A DNA stretch of 64,000 nt from Burkholderiales bacterium Ga0077544 (GTDB lineage: Bacteria > Pseudomonadota > Gammaproteobacteria > Burkholderiales > Burkholderiaceae_D): contig LNEU01000024.1 of NCBI GenBank assembly GCA_001464355.1, positions 49,063 to 113,062 on the forward strand, given 5' to 3'. Both the position numbers and the translations under genes were made by a program. Below, piece by piece: positions 8,753-18,809 of the stretch. How positions within the stretch are numbered: the stretch's first letter is position 1; each line of letters opens with the position of its first letter. The notes beneath the pieces are model-generated. The model had not been told where the DNA came from and did no database searches. It was given only the letters and a program-made list of their open reading frames with translations.

Positions 8753-9529
8753 ATGCTTATTGTTTTATCGCCTGCCAAAACGCTAGATTATGCAACTCCT
8801 GCCAACACGGAGATCAATACCAAACCTGATTTCATCAAGCGATCTGCAGAACTGATCGCCATCCTGAAAGAATATTCACCGGATCAGATCGGCAGTCTGA
8901 TGCGCATCTCGGACCCGCTGGCAGTGCTGAATGCACATCGCTTTGCCGATTGGTCATCCAAATTTACGCTAAAAAATTCCAAGCAGGCCATGCTCGCTTT
9001 TAACGGCGATGTGTATGAAGGATTAAACGCTGCCAGTTTGAATGCCGCGCAACTCGCTTACATGCAATCCAAGGTACGTATTTTATCCGGCTTGTACGGC
9101 AGCTTGCGTCCGCTCGATCTGATGCAACCTTATCGTTTGGAGATGGGCACCAAACTCGCCAATCCTGCAGGCAAGGATCTATACGCATTCTGGGGCGATA
9201 CGGTTACGCATGCGCTGAATGAGGTAATTGCAAAGCAAAAATCTTCCGCACTGATCAATCTGGCGTCCGAAGAATACTTCAAAGTCGTGAAGCCCGCATT
9301 GCTGAAGGTGCCAGTGATTACACCGGTTTTCCAGGACTGGAAAAATGGTCAATACAAAATCATTTCGTTTTACGCCAAACGCGCGCGCGGATTGATGGCA
9401 CGTTACGCGGCGGTCAAGGGACTCGTACAGCCGCAAGCACTGAAACACTTTGATGTCGATGGTTATGCTTTTGACGAGACAGTATCGAATGAAAAATCCT
9501 GGATATTCAAGCGGAAAATTGAAAACTGA
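8753..9529 (+). CDS. yaaA: peroxide stress protein YaaA (UPF0246)
   Basis: N-terminus [13 protein letters not shown] is characteristic of the family. The upstream part of ORF 8552..9529 overlaps the divergent PIN gene and is not counted. Confidence 0.88.
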   Translation: MLIVLSPAKTLDYATPANTEINTKPDFIKRSAELIAILKEYSPDQIGSLMRISDPLAVLNAHRFADWSSKFTLKNSKQAMLAFNGDVYEGLNAASLNAAQLAYMQSKVRILSGLYGSLRPLDLMQPYRLEMGTKLANPAGKDLYAFWGDTVTHALNEVIAKQKSSALINLASEEYFKVVKPALLKVPVITPVFQDWKNGQYKIISFYAKRARGLMARYAAVKGLVQPQALKHFDVDGYAFDETVSNEKSWIFKRKIEN

Positions 9530-9533
9530 AAAT

Positions 9534-9560
9534 AAAAAGCCTCGCATTGCGAGGCTTTTT
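9534..9560. terminator. bidirectional intrinsic terminator (yaaA / bamD)
   Basis: AAAAA-GCCTCGC-att-GCGAGGC-TTTTT between convergent stops at 9529 and 9584. Confidence 0.7.
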
Positions 9561-9583
9561 ATTGGGTGACTAACTATCTGAAG

Positions 9584-10384
9584 TTAATTCCAGATTTGCC
9601 ACCATGGCACATCTTTTTTCGGTCCGCCCGAAAAATAGATGCTGTTAGGGAAGTTCGTCTTCAACACGCGCTCGGCATCGTTGCGCAACTCCGGCAGGTT
9701 CAATGCTTCGTATGATTTCATCATGATGAACAAAGCGCCTTCTGCTGCCGGTGCGCCCGGATAGTTCTTGACGGCTGATTGAGCGCGATTTGCCGCCGCG
9801 AGGTAGGCGCCGCGACGGTAGTAATAGTTGGCGACATGGACATCGTATTGCGCCATCGCGTTAACCAGATAAGCCAGGCGTGCCGTGGCATCAGGTGTGT
9901 ATTTGCTGTCAGGAAAACGTTCCGTCAGCAGTTTGAAGGCATCGAAGGCTTCGCGTGCAGCTTTCGGGTCGCGTTCTGTCGGGTCTTGGCTGGATACAAA
10001 ATCAAAGACACTTTTTTTATCGTTGAAGTTGATCAGACCACGCAGGTAGTACATGTAATCCACATTTGCATGGTCTGGGTGCAACTTGATAAAGCGCTCG
10101 ACGGCTGCCAGCGCCTGCGGCTGATCGCCCTGGCGGTAGTAAGCGTAGGCAATTTCCATCTGCGCTTGCTGGGCATATGTACCGAAGGGATAGCGAGATT
10201 CCAGTTTCTCAAAATGGCTAACCGCTTTATCGAAGTTACCGGAGTTCATTTCATCTCTGGCCTCCGAGTATAATTTGGACGGCGACCAGTTTTTGGTCTC
10301 GTCAATTTGGTCCGGTGTGAGGCTACACGCGGACAACAGGAAAGCAAGAGCGATGTAAGTAAGTTTTAACATTTGTTTTTGCAT
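9584..10384 (-). CDS. bamD: outer membrane protein assembly factor BamD
   Basis: Start placed at MQKQMLKLTYIALAFLLSAC (lipobox LLSAC). TPR-like repeats. bamD divergent from rluD-pgeF as in E. coli. Confidence 0.88.
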   Translation of the reverse strand: MQKQMLKLTYIALAFLLSACSLTPDQIDETKNWSPSKLYSEARDEMNSGNFDKAVSHFEKLESRYPFGTYAQQAQMEIAYAYYRQGDQPQALAAVERFIKLHPDHANVDYMYYLRGLINFNDKKSVFDFVSSQDPTERDPKAAREAFDAFKLLTERFPDSKYTPDATARLAYLVNAMAQYDVHVANYYYRRGAYLAAANRAQSAVKNYPGAPAAEGALFIMMKSYEALNLPELRNDAERVLKTNFPNSIYFSGGPKKDVPWWQIWN

Positions 10385-10428
10385 GAGATTTTGCGAGGAT
10401 ACCGCCAGACAATGAATGATTATAGCCG

Positions 10429-11457
10429 ATGGGACTTGCAGTGAACCCAACTGAAACACCGATTGTGAATAAAACGATGCCAGCCGCTGATTTGGACAGC
10501 ATCGAAGAAGTTGATGGCGATCTGTTTGACGTCGCCCCGATAGAGCTTGAATTGACGCCAGAAGTCTGTGGCGTACGCTTGGACAAGGTACTTTCTACCC
10601 TTGTTCCGCAATATTCCCGCAGCCGCCTGCAGCAATGGATAGATGGTGGCCATGTCAACCTGGACGGCGAAGTTGCGCGTGCCAAAATGACCGTATATGG
10701 CGATGAAAAAGTCGTCATTTATCCACAGCCGGCACCTGAAGACGAAGCTTTCAAGCCTGAAGCAATGGATTTGAAGATTGCGCATGAAGATGCTGCGATC
10801 CTGGTTTTGGACAAACCATCAGGTTTAGTGGTCCATCCGGCCGCTGGTAACTGGTCGGGCACGATGTTGAATGGCCTGCTGCATTACATGCCATCTATTT
10901 CAGGCGTACCACGCGCAGGTATCGTGCATCGCCTTGATAAAGACACCACCGGCTTAATGGTGGTAGCGAAAACTTTGGTGGCGCACACCGATCTTGTCCG
11001 CCAGTTGCAGGCACGCACTGTCAAGCGCGAGTATCTGGCGTTGGTGTGGGGCACGCCAAATGCTTCCGGGAAAATCGATGCGTCGATAGGCCGTCATTCA
11101 CGCGATCGCGTCAAGATGGCAGTTTCCGAAAACCTTACGGCGAAACCTGCGGTTACGCATTTTCAGCGACTGGCAACCGGCATGCTGGATGGCCGCCCGG
11201 TCAGCCTGATGCTTTGCCAGCTGGAAACAGGACGTACCCATCAAATCCGTGTCCATATGCAATCGATTGGTTTCGCATTGGTTGGTGATGCTCTGTACGG
11301 CAAGCAGCATCTGACCACGGTATTCCCGCGTCAGGCATTGCATGCACGGCGACTGGGATTAATCCATCCGGTATCCGGCGAAGCAGTCGAATGGACGGCA
11401 GAATTGCCGCAAGACTTCGCAGATCTGATTGCGCGTAGCGGCATCAAAAATTATTGA
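10429..11457 (+). CDS. rluD: 23S rRNA pseudouridine synthase D (RluA family)
   Basis: S4-like N-terminal domain and catalytic motif HRLDKDTTGLMVVAK. Exact start uncertain (10429 or 10477). Confidence 0.9.
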   Translation: MGLAVNPTETPIVNKTMPAADLDSIEEVDGDLFDVAPIELELTPEVCGVRLDKVLSTLVPQYSRSRLQQWIDGGHVNLDGEVARAKMTVYGDEKVVIYPQPAPEDEAFKPEAMDLKIAHEDAAILVLDKPSGLVVHPAAGNWSGTMLNGLLHYMPSISGVPRAGIVHRLDKDTTGLMVVAKTLVAHTDLVRQLQARTVKREYLALVWGTPNASGKIDASIGRHSRDRVKMAVSENLTAKPAVTHFQRLATGMLDGRPVSLMLCQLETGRTHQIRVHMQSIGFALVGDALYGKQHLTTVFPRQALHARRLGLIHPVSGEAVEWTAELPQDFADLIARSGIKNY

Positions 11458-11565
11458 GTCACTATTAAGTAGCGCTGCATGAGGAATACTTTTTATTTGT
11501 CACTTCATCAGCCTGCTGCATTTTTCTTCTGAATTCTTTTGATTCACCCGGGATAAAACCTGACG

Positions 11566-12318
11566 ATGGAAATCATATTGCCCCAATGGGGAAAGACTTT
11601 ACCCTCAGTGCGTGCCATTGCGACGACGCGCAGCTGTGGCAACAGTCTGCCGCCATATGACGATGGATGCGAGGGCGCTGGCTTGAATTTCGGTGTGCAT
11701 GTAGGCGATGCGATCGAATATGTGCAACAGAATCGCGCGCAAATACGCAAATATTTTCCGGCTGAACCGGCATGGTTGACGCAAGTTCACGGCACCACCG
11801 TGCTTGATGCGGCACAAGTTCAGGATGCGCCGCGCGCTGATGCGAGTTTTACGACGCAGCCCGGAGTGGTCTGCGCGATCTTGACGGCTGATTGCCTGCC
11901 AGTCCTATTTGCCGATGAGCAAGGACGTGCAGTGGGTGCCGCGCATGCTGGCTGGCGCGGTCTGGCTGGCGGCATTCTGGAAAATACAGTCGCTGCGATG
12001 CACGCATCCGGAGCTGGTAATCTGCACGCCTGGTTAGGGCCGGCAATTGGCCCGCAGCAATTTGAAGTGGGTGACGATGTGGTGCAGGCATTCGTCGTGA
12101 AAGACGCGGCGATGCAGAGCGCTTTCAAATCGATGGACCAACGTCCGGGAAAGTATCTGGCCGATATTTACCAACTGGCACGCTTGACGCTGGCACATGT
12201 AGGCGTGACGCAGGTTGCTGGTGGAAAATACTGCACGGTGAGTGAGCGGAAACGGTTTTATTCATTCCGCCGCGACGGCGTTACCGGCCGCATGGCCTCA
12301 TTGATTTGGCTGGAGTAG
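11566..12318 (+). CDS. pgeF: peptidoglycan editing factor PgeF (YfiH/DUF152 laccase-domain protein)
   Basis: 250 aa with TADCLPVLF and AHAGWRG motifs. Lies downstream of rluD as in E. coli. Confidence 0.85.
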   Translation: MEIILPQWGKTLPSVRAIATTRSCGNSLPPYDDGCEGAGLNFGVHVGDAIEYVQQNRAQIRKYFPAEPAWLTQVHGTTVLDAAQVQDAPRADASFTTQPGVVCAILTADCLPVLFADEQGRAVGAAHAGWRGLAGGILENTVAAMHASGAGNLHAWLGPAIGPQQFEVGDDVVQAFVVKDAAMQSAFKSMDQRPGKYLADIYQLARLTLAHVGVTQVAGGKYCTVSERKRFYSFRRDGVTGRMASLIWLE

Positions 12319-12374
12319 GCTGAAACAAAACGACATTCTTTGATAATTGAAATCGGCAGCTTTCAATTTGCATT

Positions 12375-12647
12375 TCAGATTTCCGGCTTGCGTTCTTCGA
12401 GTTGCGTTTCGTCGATCGCTTTCTGCCGCAGCTCTTGCTGCAGTAACTCCTGTTTTAAATCTTCCTGCCGCTTTATTTCTTGCGCGCGCCGTTTGCGCTT
12501 GCGCCCACCAGTCCCCATCACGTATACAATTATCAACACAGGTAGTACGCCATACAGCGTAAAAGTCATGATGCCTGCGATAACCGTTGTTTCCATAATT
12601 GCCATCATGAAGACGACGTAGATCCAAGCGATAGCAATGATGTACAT
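12375..12647 (-). CDS. hypothetical small membrane protein (2 TM plus charged tail)
   Basis: 90 aa with two hydrophobic helices, then GGRKRKRRAQEIKRQEDLKQELLQQELRQK. No family recognised. Coding status rests on ORF shape only. Confidence 0.4.
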   Translation of the reverse strand: MYIIAIAWIYVVFMMAIMETTVIAGIMTFTLYGVLPVLIIVYVMGTGGRKRKRRAQEIKRQEDLKQELLQQELRQKAIDETQLEERKPEI

Positions 12648-12702
12648 GGATGCCTGAAGTGAAATTCAAACCGCAAAGATACTCGAAAAGAGAGTTGCCA
12701 GC

Positions 12703-14352
12703 ATGAATAAGCCAGAATCCCCTGATCCATTTGCCAGCAAAGCAAGCATGCACGTCGATCCTGTGATGGATCCTGCCACTGCAGCAGAATTGCAAAGACG
12801 TTATGCGCAAGAGTTTGCTGCTCTATGGAAACAAATGCTGACGGCGCAAGTGCCGCCGGTTGCTGATCGCCGCTTTGCCAATCCTGCCTGGCAATCGAGT
12901 ACCTTGCACGCATTCAACGCGGCATCCTATTTATTAAATGCAAAATTTCTGGCCGCGATGGCGGATGCGCTGCAAGTGCCTCCCAAAGCCAAGCAAAAAA
13001 TTCGGTTTGCCGTGGAGCAAATGGTGAACGCGATGTCACCCGCCAATTTTCTTTTTTCGAATCCGGAAGCGCAGCAAAAAATTATCGATACCAAGGGTGA
13101 AAGCCTGACTATCGGCCTCAAGAATTTGTTTGAAGATATACAAAAAGGGCGTATCTCGCAAAGCGATGAATCAGCGTTTGAAGTGGGGCGCAATGTCGCC
13201 ATTACCGAAGGCGCAGTCATCTTCGAAAACGAGTTGTTCCAGTTGCTGCAATACAAGCCGCTGACGGCGACCGTTTATGAGCGGCCCGTGCTACTGGTGC
13301 CTCCTTGCATCAACAAGTATTACATTCTGGATTTGCAGCCGCATAACTCCTTCGTGCGCTATGCGGTCGAACAAGGACATACGGTTTTTCTTGTCTCCTG
13401 GCGGAATGCCGATGCATCAATTGCGGGTGCCACCTGGGATGACTATATTGAAAAGGGTGTGTTGAAGGCAATTGAAGTTGTACAGGACATTTCAGCGCAG
13501 GAAAAAATCAATCTACTGGGTTTTTGCGTAGGCGGCACGTTGCTGACAAGCGCACTGGCGCTGGCCTGCGCGCGTGGCAAAAAGCCGGCTGCCAGTTTGA
13601 CCTTGCTGACAACCTTCATCGATTTTTCCGATACCGGCATACTCAATGTCTATATTGATGAAGACAAGGTGAAGGAAACGGAACAATCCATAGGGCACGG
13701 CGGCTTGATGAAGGGGCTGGATTTCAATGCGGCTTTTGCCAGCTTGCGGTCGAATGAATTGATCTGGAATTATGTTACTTCTCATTATCTGAAGGGTGAA
13801 AATCCGGCGCCCTTTGACATGTTGTACTGGAATGCCGACAGCACGAATCTTCCCGGCCCTATGTATTGCTGGTATTTGCGTAATACCTATCTTGAAAATA
13901 ACCTGAAGCAATTTGATAAATTCAAACTTGCCGGAAAAAAAATCGACTTTGGCAAAATTGATGCGCCCAGCTTTATCTATGCTTCACGCGATGATCACAT
14001 CGTGCCGTGGACAAGTGCCTATGAATCGACCCATATTTTGAACCGCAAAAAACCGCAGCAAAATTATTTCGTACTAGGAGCATCCGGGCACATCGCTGGC
14101 GTGATCAATCCACCTGGCACCAACAAACGGCATTACTGGATCAATGACAAGTCTGTCAGTGGGAATGATCAGGATGCCTTGTCATGGCTGGCTGAAGCGA
14201 CCGAGGTTGCCGGCAGTTGGTGGCCGGCCTGGAGCGATTTTTTGAAGAAGCATGCGGGTAAACAGGTCAAGGCACCGGGCAAGTTGGGCAATCCCGAATT
14301 CGCCGTGATAGAAGCGGCACCAGGTCGCTATGTTAAGGTGAAAGCGAGTTAA
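12703..14352 (+). CDS. phaC: class I poly(R)-hydroxyalkanoate synthase
   Basis: 549 aa with the lipase-box-like GFCVGGT containing the catalytic Cys, and alpha/beta-hydrolase features typical of PhaC. Confidence 0.9.
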   Translation: MNKPESPDPFASKASMHVDPVMDPATAAELQRRYAQEFAALWKQMLTAQVPPVADRRFANPAWQSSTLHAFNAASYLLNAKFLAAMADALQVPPKAKQKIRFAVEQMVNAMSPANFLFSNPEAQQKIIDTKGESLTIGLKNLFEDIQKGRISQSDESAFEVGRNVAITEGAVIFENELFQLLQYKPLTATVYERPVLLVPPCINKYYILDLQPHNSFVRYAVEQGHTVFLVSWRNADASIAGATWDDYIEKGVLKAIEVVQDISAQEKINLLGFCVGGTLLTSALALACARGKKPAASLTLLTTFIDFSDTGILNVYIDEDKVKETEQSIGHGGLMKGLDFNAAFASLRSNELIWNYVTSHYLKGENPAPFDMLYWNADSTNLPGPMYCWYLRNTYLENNLKQFDKFKLAGKKIDFGKIDAPSFIYASRDDHIVPWTSAYESTHILNRKKPQQNYFVLGASGHIAGVINPPGTNKRHYWINDKSVSGNDQDALSWLAEATEVAGSWWPAWSDFLKKHAGKQVKAPGKLGNPEFAVIEAAPGRYVKVKAS

Positions 14353-14532
14353 TCGATATGGCGTCAAGCTGGGGCGTGCGCTTTTCTTGCAGTGCGGCAC
14401 GAATGTAAAACCTATCATCGATTGCGTAAACCTTTGTTTTTTAGCACTATAATGTCCAGCAAGAGCGAACATCTTTCGCTTCCTGAGACGATAGATATAA
14501 ATGCGTTGCGACGCAACAAGTTGGGAATTCTG

Positions 14533-15099
14533 ATGACGAGCAATAAAAAAACGGCTGAACGTTTGATCAAGAAGTATCCGAATCGTCGTTTGTACGATAC
14601 GCAAACGAGTTCTTACATTACGCTCGCTGATGTCAAACAACTGGTACTTGATAGCGAACAGTTTTCTGTGGTCGATGCCAAGACCGACGAGGATCTGACA
14701 CGCAGTATTCTGTTACAGATCATTCTGGAAGAAGAGGCCAACGGTTCGCCGATGTTCTCCAGCGCAGCTTTGTCGCAAATCATTCGTTACTATGGTCATG
14801 CGATGCAAGGCATGATGGGCTCGTATCTGGAAAAAAATATCCAGGCCTTCATCGATATTCAAAACAAGCTGACGGAAAACTCCAAAGGCCTGTACGAAGG
14901 CAAACCATTCAGTCCTGAAATGTGGACGCAGTTCATGAATGTGCAAGGCCCGATGATGCAAGGGATGATGAGCAATTACATAGAACAGAGCAAAAGCCTG
15001 TTCGTGCAGATGCAGGAACAGATGCAGACGCAATCGAAAAACATGTTTGGTGCTTTTCCTTTCGCACCACCTGCGCCACCTAGCGACAAGAATAAGTAA
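14533..15099 (+). CDS. phaR: polyhydroxyalkanoate synthesis repressor PhaR
   Basis: Start placed at MTSNKKTAERLIKKYPNRRLYDTQTSSYITLADVKQLV, the hallmark PhaR N-terminus. The upstream part of ORF 14392.. was ignored. Confidence 0.85.
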   Translation: MTSNKKTAERLIKKYPNRRLYDTQTSSYITLADVKQLVLDSEQFSVVDAKTDEDLTRSILLQIILEEEANGSPMFSSAALSQIIRYYGHAMQGMMGSYLEKNIQAFIDIQNKLTENSKGLYEGKPFSPEMWTQFMNVQGPMMQGMMSNYIEQSKSLFVQMQEQMQTQSKNMFGAFPFAPPAPPSDKNK

Positions 15100-15247
15100 A
15101 ACGATAAGTAAAGCAACACGCAAACAACACGTTTTAGCGAATGGAAGAACCAGCCGCATCAGGTGGCAGGCTGACCGGGCAAAAGGGTACAATAGCGGCT
15201 TCGCTTAGTTTGCACCAAACTCCACGCTTTTTTGCCTGCCTTTCGCC

Positions 15248-16612
15248 ATGACCAACGCTCTTCAAGTAACGCCAAAAATCGGCTTCGTTTCCCTCGGATG
15301 CCCGAAAGCTTTGGTCGATTCAGAACAAATCCTCACCCAGTTGCGCGCAGAAGGCTATGACACCGCCAAATCCTACGACGGCGCGGATTTGGTCATCGTC
15401 AACACCTGCGGCTTTATCGATGCGGCGGTGCAAGAATCGCTGGATGCGATTGGTGAAGCGCTGAATGAAAACGGCAAGGTCATCGTGACTGGTTGCCTTG
15501 GTGCGAAAAAAGACGCCAACGGTGACGACATTATTCTGAAAGTCCATCCGAAAGTACTCGCCGTTACCGGCCCGCATGCGCTGGGCGAAGTGATGGATGC
15601 GGTGCATCTGCACATGCCCAAGCCGCATGCGCCTTTCCTCGATTTGCTACCGCCACAAGGCGTCAAATTGACGCCTAAACATTTTGCTTACCTGAAAATT
15701 TCTGAAGGCTGTAACCATCGTTGCAGCTTCTGCATCATTCCATCGATGCGCGGTGACCTCGTGTCGCGTCCGATTGCCGACGTGATGATGGAAGCGGAAA
15801 ACCTGTTCAAGGCTGGCGTGAAAGAGTTGCTGGTCATTTCGCAAGACACCAGCGCGTATGGCGTCGATATCAAATTCCGCATGGGTTTCTGGAACGGCAA
15901 GCCGGTCAAAACCCACATGACACAATTAGTTGAGGCGTTGGGCGAACTGGCGGCTCCGTACGGTGCGTGGGTGCGTTTGCATTATGTCTATCCATATCCG
16001 CACGTGGACGCGATCATTCCTATGATGGCTGAAGGCAAAATCCTGCCTTATCTGGACGTGCCTTTGCAGCACGCGCATCCCGATGTGTTGAAGCGCATGA
16101 AGCGTCCAGCCAGCGGTGAAAAAAATATCGAACGCATACAGGCATGGCGTGCGATGTGCCCAGACCTGACGATACGTTCGACCTTCATCGCCGGGTTCCC
16201 TGGTGAGACCGAAGCCGAATTTGAATACCTGCTCGACTTCCTGAAAGAAGCGGAAATCGACCGTCTGGGTTGCTTTGCATATTCACCAGTCGAAGGTGCA
16301 ACGGCAAATGATTTGCCGAATGCCGTGCCGGAAGAAGTACGCGAAGAACGTCGCGGACGCGTGATGTTGCTGCAGGAAGAAATTTCCAAAAAACGTTTGC
16401 AAGCCAAAGTCGGCAAAACCATGCGCGTGCTGGTTGATGAAGTAAGCCGCACCGGCGCAGCAACTGCCCGTTCAGGTGCCGATGCGCCGGAAATCGATGG
16501 CGTCGTCTACGTCAAGGCGCCGTATGAGCCGCATATCAAATATAAGGTCGGCGAATTCGTCGATGTAAAAATCACTGGCGCCGATGCGCATGATCTGTGG
16601 GCTGAGGCATGA
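15248..16612 (+). CDS. rimO: ribosomal protein S12 methylthiotransferase
   Basis: 454 aa with an MTTase N-domain, radical-SAM CNHRCSFC and a C-terminal TRAM-like domain. Confidence 0.93.
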   Translation: MTNALQVTPKIGFVSLGCPKALVDSEQILTQLRAEGYDTAKSYDGADLVIVNTCGFIDAAVQESLDAIGEALNENGKVIVTGCLGAKKDANGDDIILKVHPKVLAVTGPHALGEVMDAVHLHMPKPHAPFLDLLPPQGVKLTPKHFAYLKISEGCNHRCSFCIIPSMRGDLVSRPIADVMMEAENLFKAGVKELLVISQDTSAYGVDIKFRMGFWNGKPVKTHMTQLVEALGELAAPYGAWVRLHYVYPYPHVDAIIPMMAEGKILPYLDVPLQHAHPDVLKRMKRPASGEKNIERIQAWRAMCPDLTIRSTFIAGFPGETEAEFEYLLDFLKEAEIDRLGCFAYSPVEGATANDLPNAVPEEVREERRGRVMLLQEEISKKRLQAKVGKTMRVLVDEVSRTGAATARSGADAPEIDGVVYVKAPYEPHIKYKVGEFVDVKITGADAHDLWAEA

Positions 16613-17133
16613 TGAAAAAAGTGATTACCGTATCTTTGCTTGCAACTCTGGCTTTGGCAGCTAATGGTTTTGCCGCAGACACAGTGAAACAGGCGGCAGT
16701 TGTACCAGTTGCGGCAGTCATCGCATCAGCACCTGCAGCCGTATCATCTGCCCCGCTCATTTTTCAAAAGCCGGTCGCCTTGCGCGGTACGGTCGGTGAT
16801 GTACAGATACAAGTCAACCTGCGTCCAAAAGAGGAAGTTGATGAAGGGCATGAGGGCGAGTATTTCGTTTTTGGCAATTCAAACAAGATACTGCTGGCTG
16901 GCGAAATCGAGAAAGATGGCGTTCTCTTCATGGAAGAGTCGGTGAACGGTACCGATATTTCCGGGCAGTGGGATGGCAAGCTGGAAGGCGATATCCTCGC
17001 AGGAACCTGGATGTCGGCCGACGGATCGATTACCAAACCATTTTCGCTGAAAATTATTCCTCAAGTACAAAAGTCGTCGCCAAAGCAAACTTCGTCCAAG
17101 GCTGTCCAGAAGGGCGTAGCCAGCAAACAGTAA
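16609..17133 (+). CDS. hypothetical secreted protein
   Basis: 174 aa with a signal peptide [22 protein letters not shown] and a Lys/Ser-rich tail. The start ATG overlaps the rimO stop (ATGA). No family recognised. Confidence 0.55.
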   Translation: MMKKVITVSLLATLALAANGFAADTVKQAAVVPVAAVIASAPAAVSSAPLIFQKPVALRGTVGDVQIQVNLRPKEEVDEGHEGEYFVFGNSNKILLAGEIEKDGVLFMEESVNGTDISGQWDGKLEGDILAGTWMSADGSITKPFSLKIIPQVQKSSPKQTSSKAVQKGVASKQ

Positions 17134-17152
17134 TTCCCCATCGGAGAATCGC

Positions 17153-18319
17153 GTGACAGATCGCACATCCTTCCAGACCGCACTGATACACAATGACTAT
17201 GTGGCACCGGAAGGATTCGCCGCATTCCCGCAAGCGATACACCACGCATCGACAGTGCTGTTCAAAGATGTGGCCAGCATGCGCTCACGCAACTGGCAGG
17301 ACAAGACTGCATATACCTACGGCCTGCACGGCACACCAACCACTTTTACGCTGGAAGCACGCCTCGCCGCGATTGAAGATGGCAAGCATTGTCTGCTCGC
17401 ACCTAGCGGCTTGTCAGCGATTGCGATGGTCGACCTCGCTTTCTTGAAAAGCGGCGACGATGTACTGATCCCCGATAACGTCTATAACCCGAATCGCGAA
17501 CTGGCCAACTGGCTGCAGCACGACTTCGACATTACTGCGCGTTATTACGATCCCTTGATTGGTAGCGCGATTGCCGATTTGATTCAGCCAAACACCAAAC
17601 TGATTTGGACCGAAGCACCGGGTTCGGTCTCTATGGAAGTGCCGGATATTCCTGCGATTTGCAAAGCGGCTCATGCGAAAGGTGTGCTGGTCGCGCTCGA
17701 CAATACCTGGTCGGCCGGAATCGCCTTGCGTGCCTTCGATCTGGGTGTCGACATCGTGATGCAGGCACTGACAAAATATCAATCCGGCGGTTCAGATGTA
17801 TTAATGGGTGCCGTGATCACGCAGGATGCAACCGTGAATCACCGGCTGGAGCTCGCGCATATGCGGCTTGGTTTTGGTGTCAGTGCAGACGACAGTTACC
17901 TGGTGTTGCGCAGCTTGCCGACGATGAAGTTGCGCTTCGATGCGCATGATGCAGCGGCGCGCAAGATTGCAAGCTGGCTGCAGACAAGGGCGGAGATTGC
18001 GACGGTATTACATCCCGCATTGCCAGAATGCCCTGGCCATGAAATATGGAAACGTGATTTCAGCGGCGCCGGCGGATTGTTTTCCGTCTTGTTCGATCCG
18101 CGCTATAGCGAAACGCAAACGGATCGCTTTGTGGATAGCCTGAAATTGTTCAAGATCGGTTTCAGTTGGGGCGGCGTCAACAGTCTGGCGGTGCCATATC
18201 GCATGCAGCACATGCGACATAACTGGTCGCACCAAGGGCAACTGGTGCGGTTGAATATCGGGTTGGAAGACCCCGAGGATTTGATCGCCGATATAGAGCA
18301 AGCCTTCAAGGCATTATGA
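17153..18319 (+). CDS. metC: cystathionine beta-lyase (PLP-dependent)
   Basis: 388 aa with a GTG start. Cys/Met-metabolism PLP-enzyme pattern, with the lysine in ALTKYQSGGSD. Confidence 0.85.
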   Translation: MTDRTSFQTALIHNDYVAPEGFAAFPQAIHHASTVLFKDVASMRSRNWQDKTAYTYGLHGTPTTFTLEARLAAIEDGKHCLLAPSGLSAIAMVDLAFLKSGDDVLIPDNVYNPNRELANWLQHDFDITARYYDPLIGSAIADLIQPNTKLIWTEAPGSVSMEVPDIPAICKAAHAKGVLVALDNTWSAGIALRAFDLGVDIVMQALTKYQSGGSDVLMGAVITQDATVNHRLELAHMRLGFGVSADDSYLVLRSLPTMKLRFDAHDAAARKIASWLQTRAEIATVLHPALPECPGHEIWKRDFSGAGGLFSVLFDPRYSETQTDRFVDSLKLFKIGFSWGGVNSLAVPYRMQHMRHNWSHQGQLVRLNIGLEDPEDLIADIEQAFKAL

Positions 18320-18347
18320 AAAAAGCGTCCTGACAGGACGCTTTTTT
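18320..18347. terminator. bidirectional intrinsic terminator
   Basis: AAAAA-GCGTCCTG-a-CAGGACGC-TTTTTT between convergent stops at 18319 and 18368. Confidence 0.7.
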
Positions 18348-18367
18348 ATTGGTGAATCGAAGTATGC

Positions 18368-18727
18368 TCAAGGCATGGCCTTGTTGTCGTTCAAGTCCAC
18401 GATGCCCTTGATCAGACGATAGAGCTTCCATAACCATGCAACAGTCCAGATCAGAAATGCGAACGGAATGCCTACAAAAGTCAGGAATAAGATGCCGCCC
18501 AGCGTCATCCATACCAGATACCACCAGAAGGAGCGGATCTGCCAGCCGTGATGACTGTAGACAAAGGTGTTGGCCGCATCTTCACGTTTGACGTAATTAA
18601 TGATCAATGGAATGAATGAAAACGCACCCAGTGAAAACAGCAAGCTGGCGGCGTGCGCAATATACAACCACCACGCCAGATTCTTTGCCGATTGCAGGCG
18701 ACTGTCGAACACGACTTCCTGATTCAT
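18368..18727 (-). CDS. hypothetical membrane protein (DUF4870-like)
   Basis: Start placed at MNQEVVFDS, which has a GGGGGA Shine-Dalgarno. Three hydrophobic helices. The family call is tentative. Confidence 0.55.
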   Translation of the reverse strand: MNQEVVFDSRLQSAKNLAWWLYIAHAASLLFSLGAFSFIPLIINYVKREDAANTFVYSHHGWQIRSFWWYLVWMTLGGILFLTFVGIPFAFLIWTVAWLWKLYRLIKGIVDLNDNKAMP

Positions 18728-18809
18728 GGTTCCCCCTAAAACTATATAGATTAACCGACGGCAATAAAGTTGCACGCGCGTGCAAGGTCTGCAGTTTAGA
18801 TGGAGGGAG

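Noticed and set aside
12298-12810. 170-aa minus-strand ORF overlapping the small membrane ORF and the phaC start
   Set aside because: It overlaps the well-supported phaC N-terminus and has an implausible Cys/His/Arg-rich composition. The 90-aa ORF in another frame is the better, though still weak, candidate.
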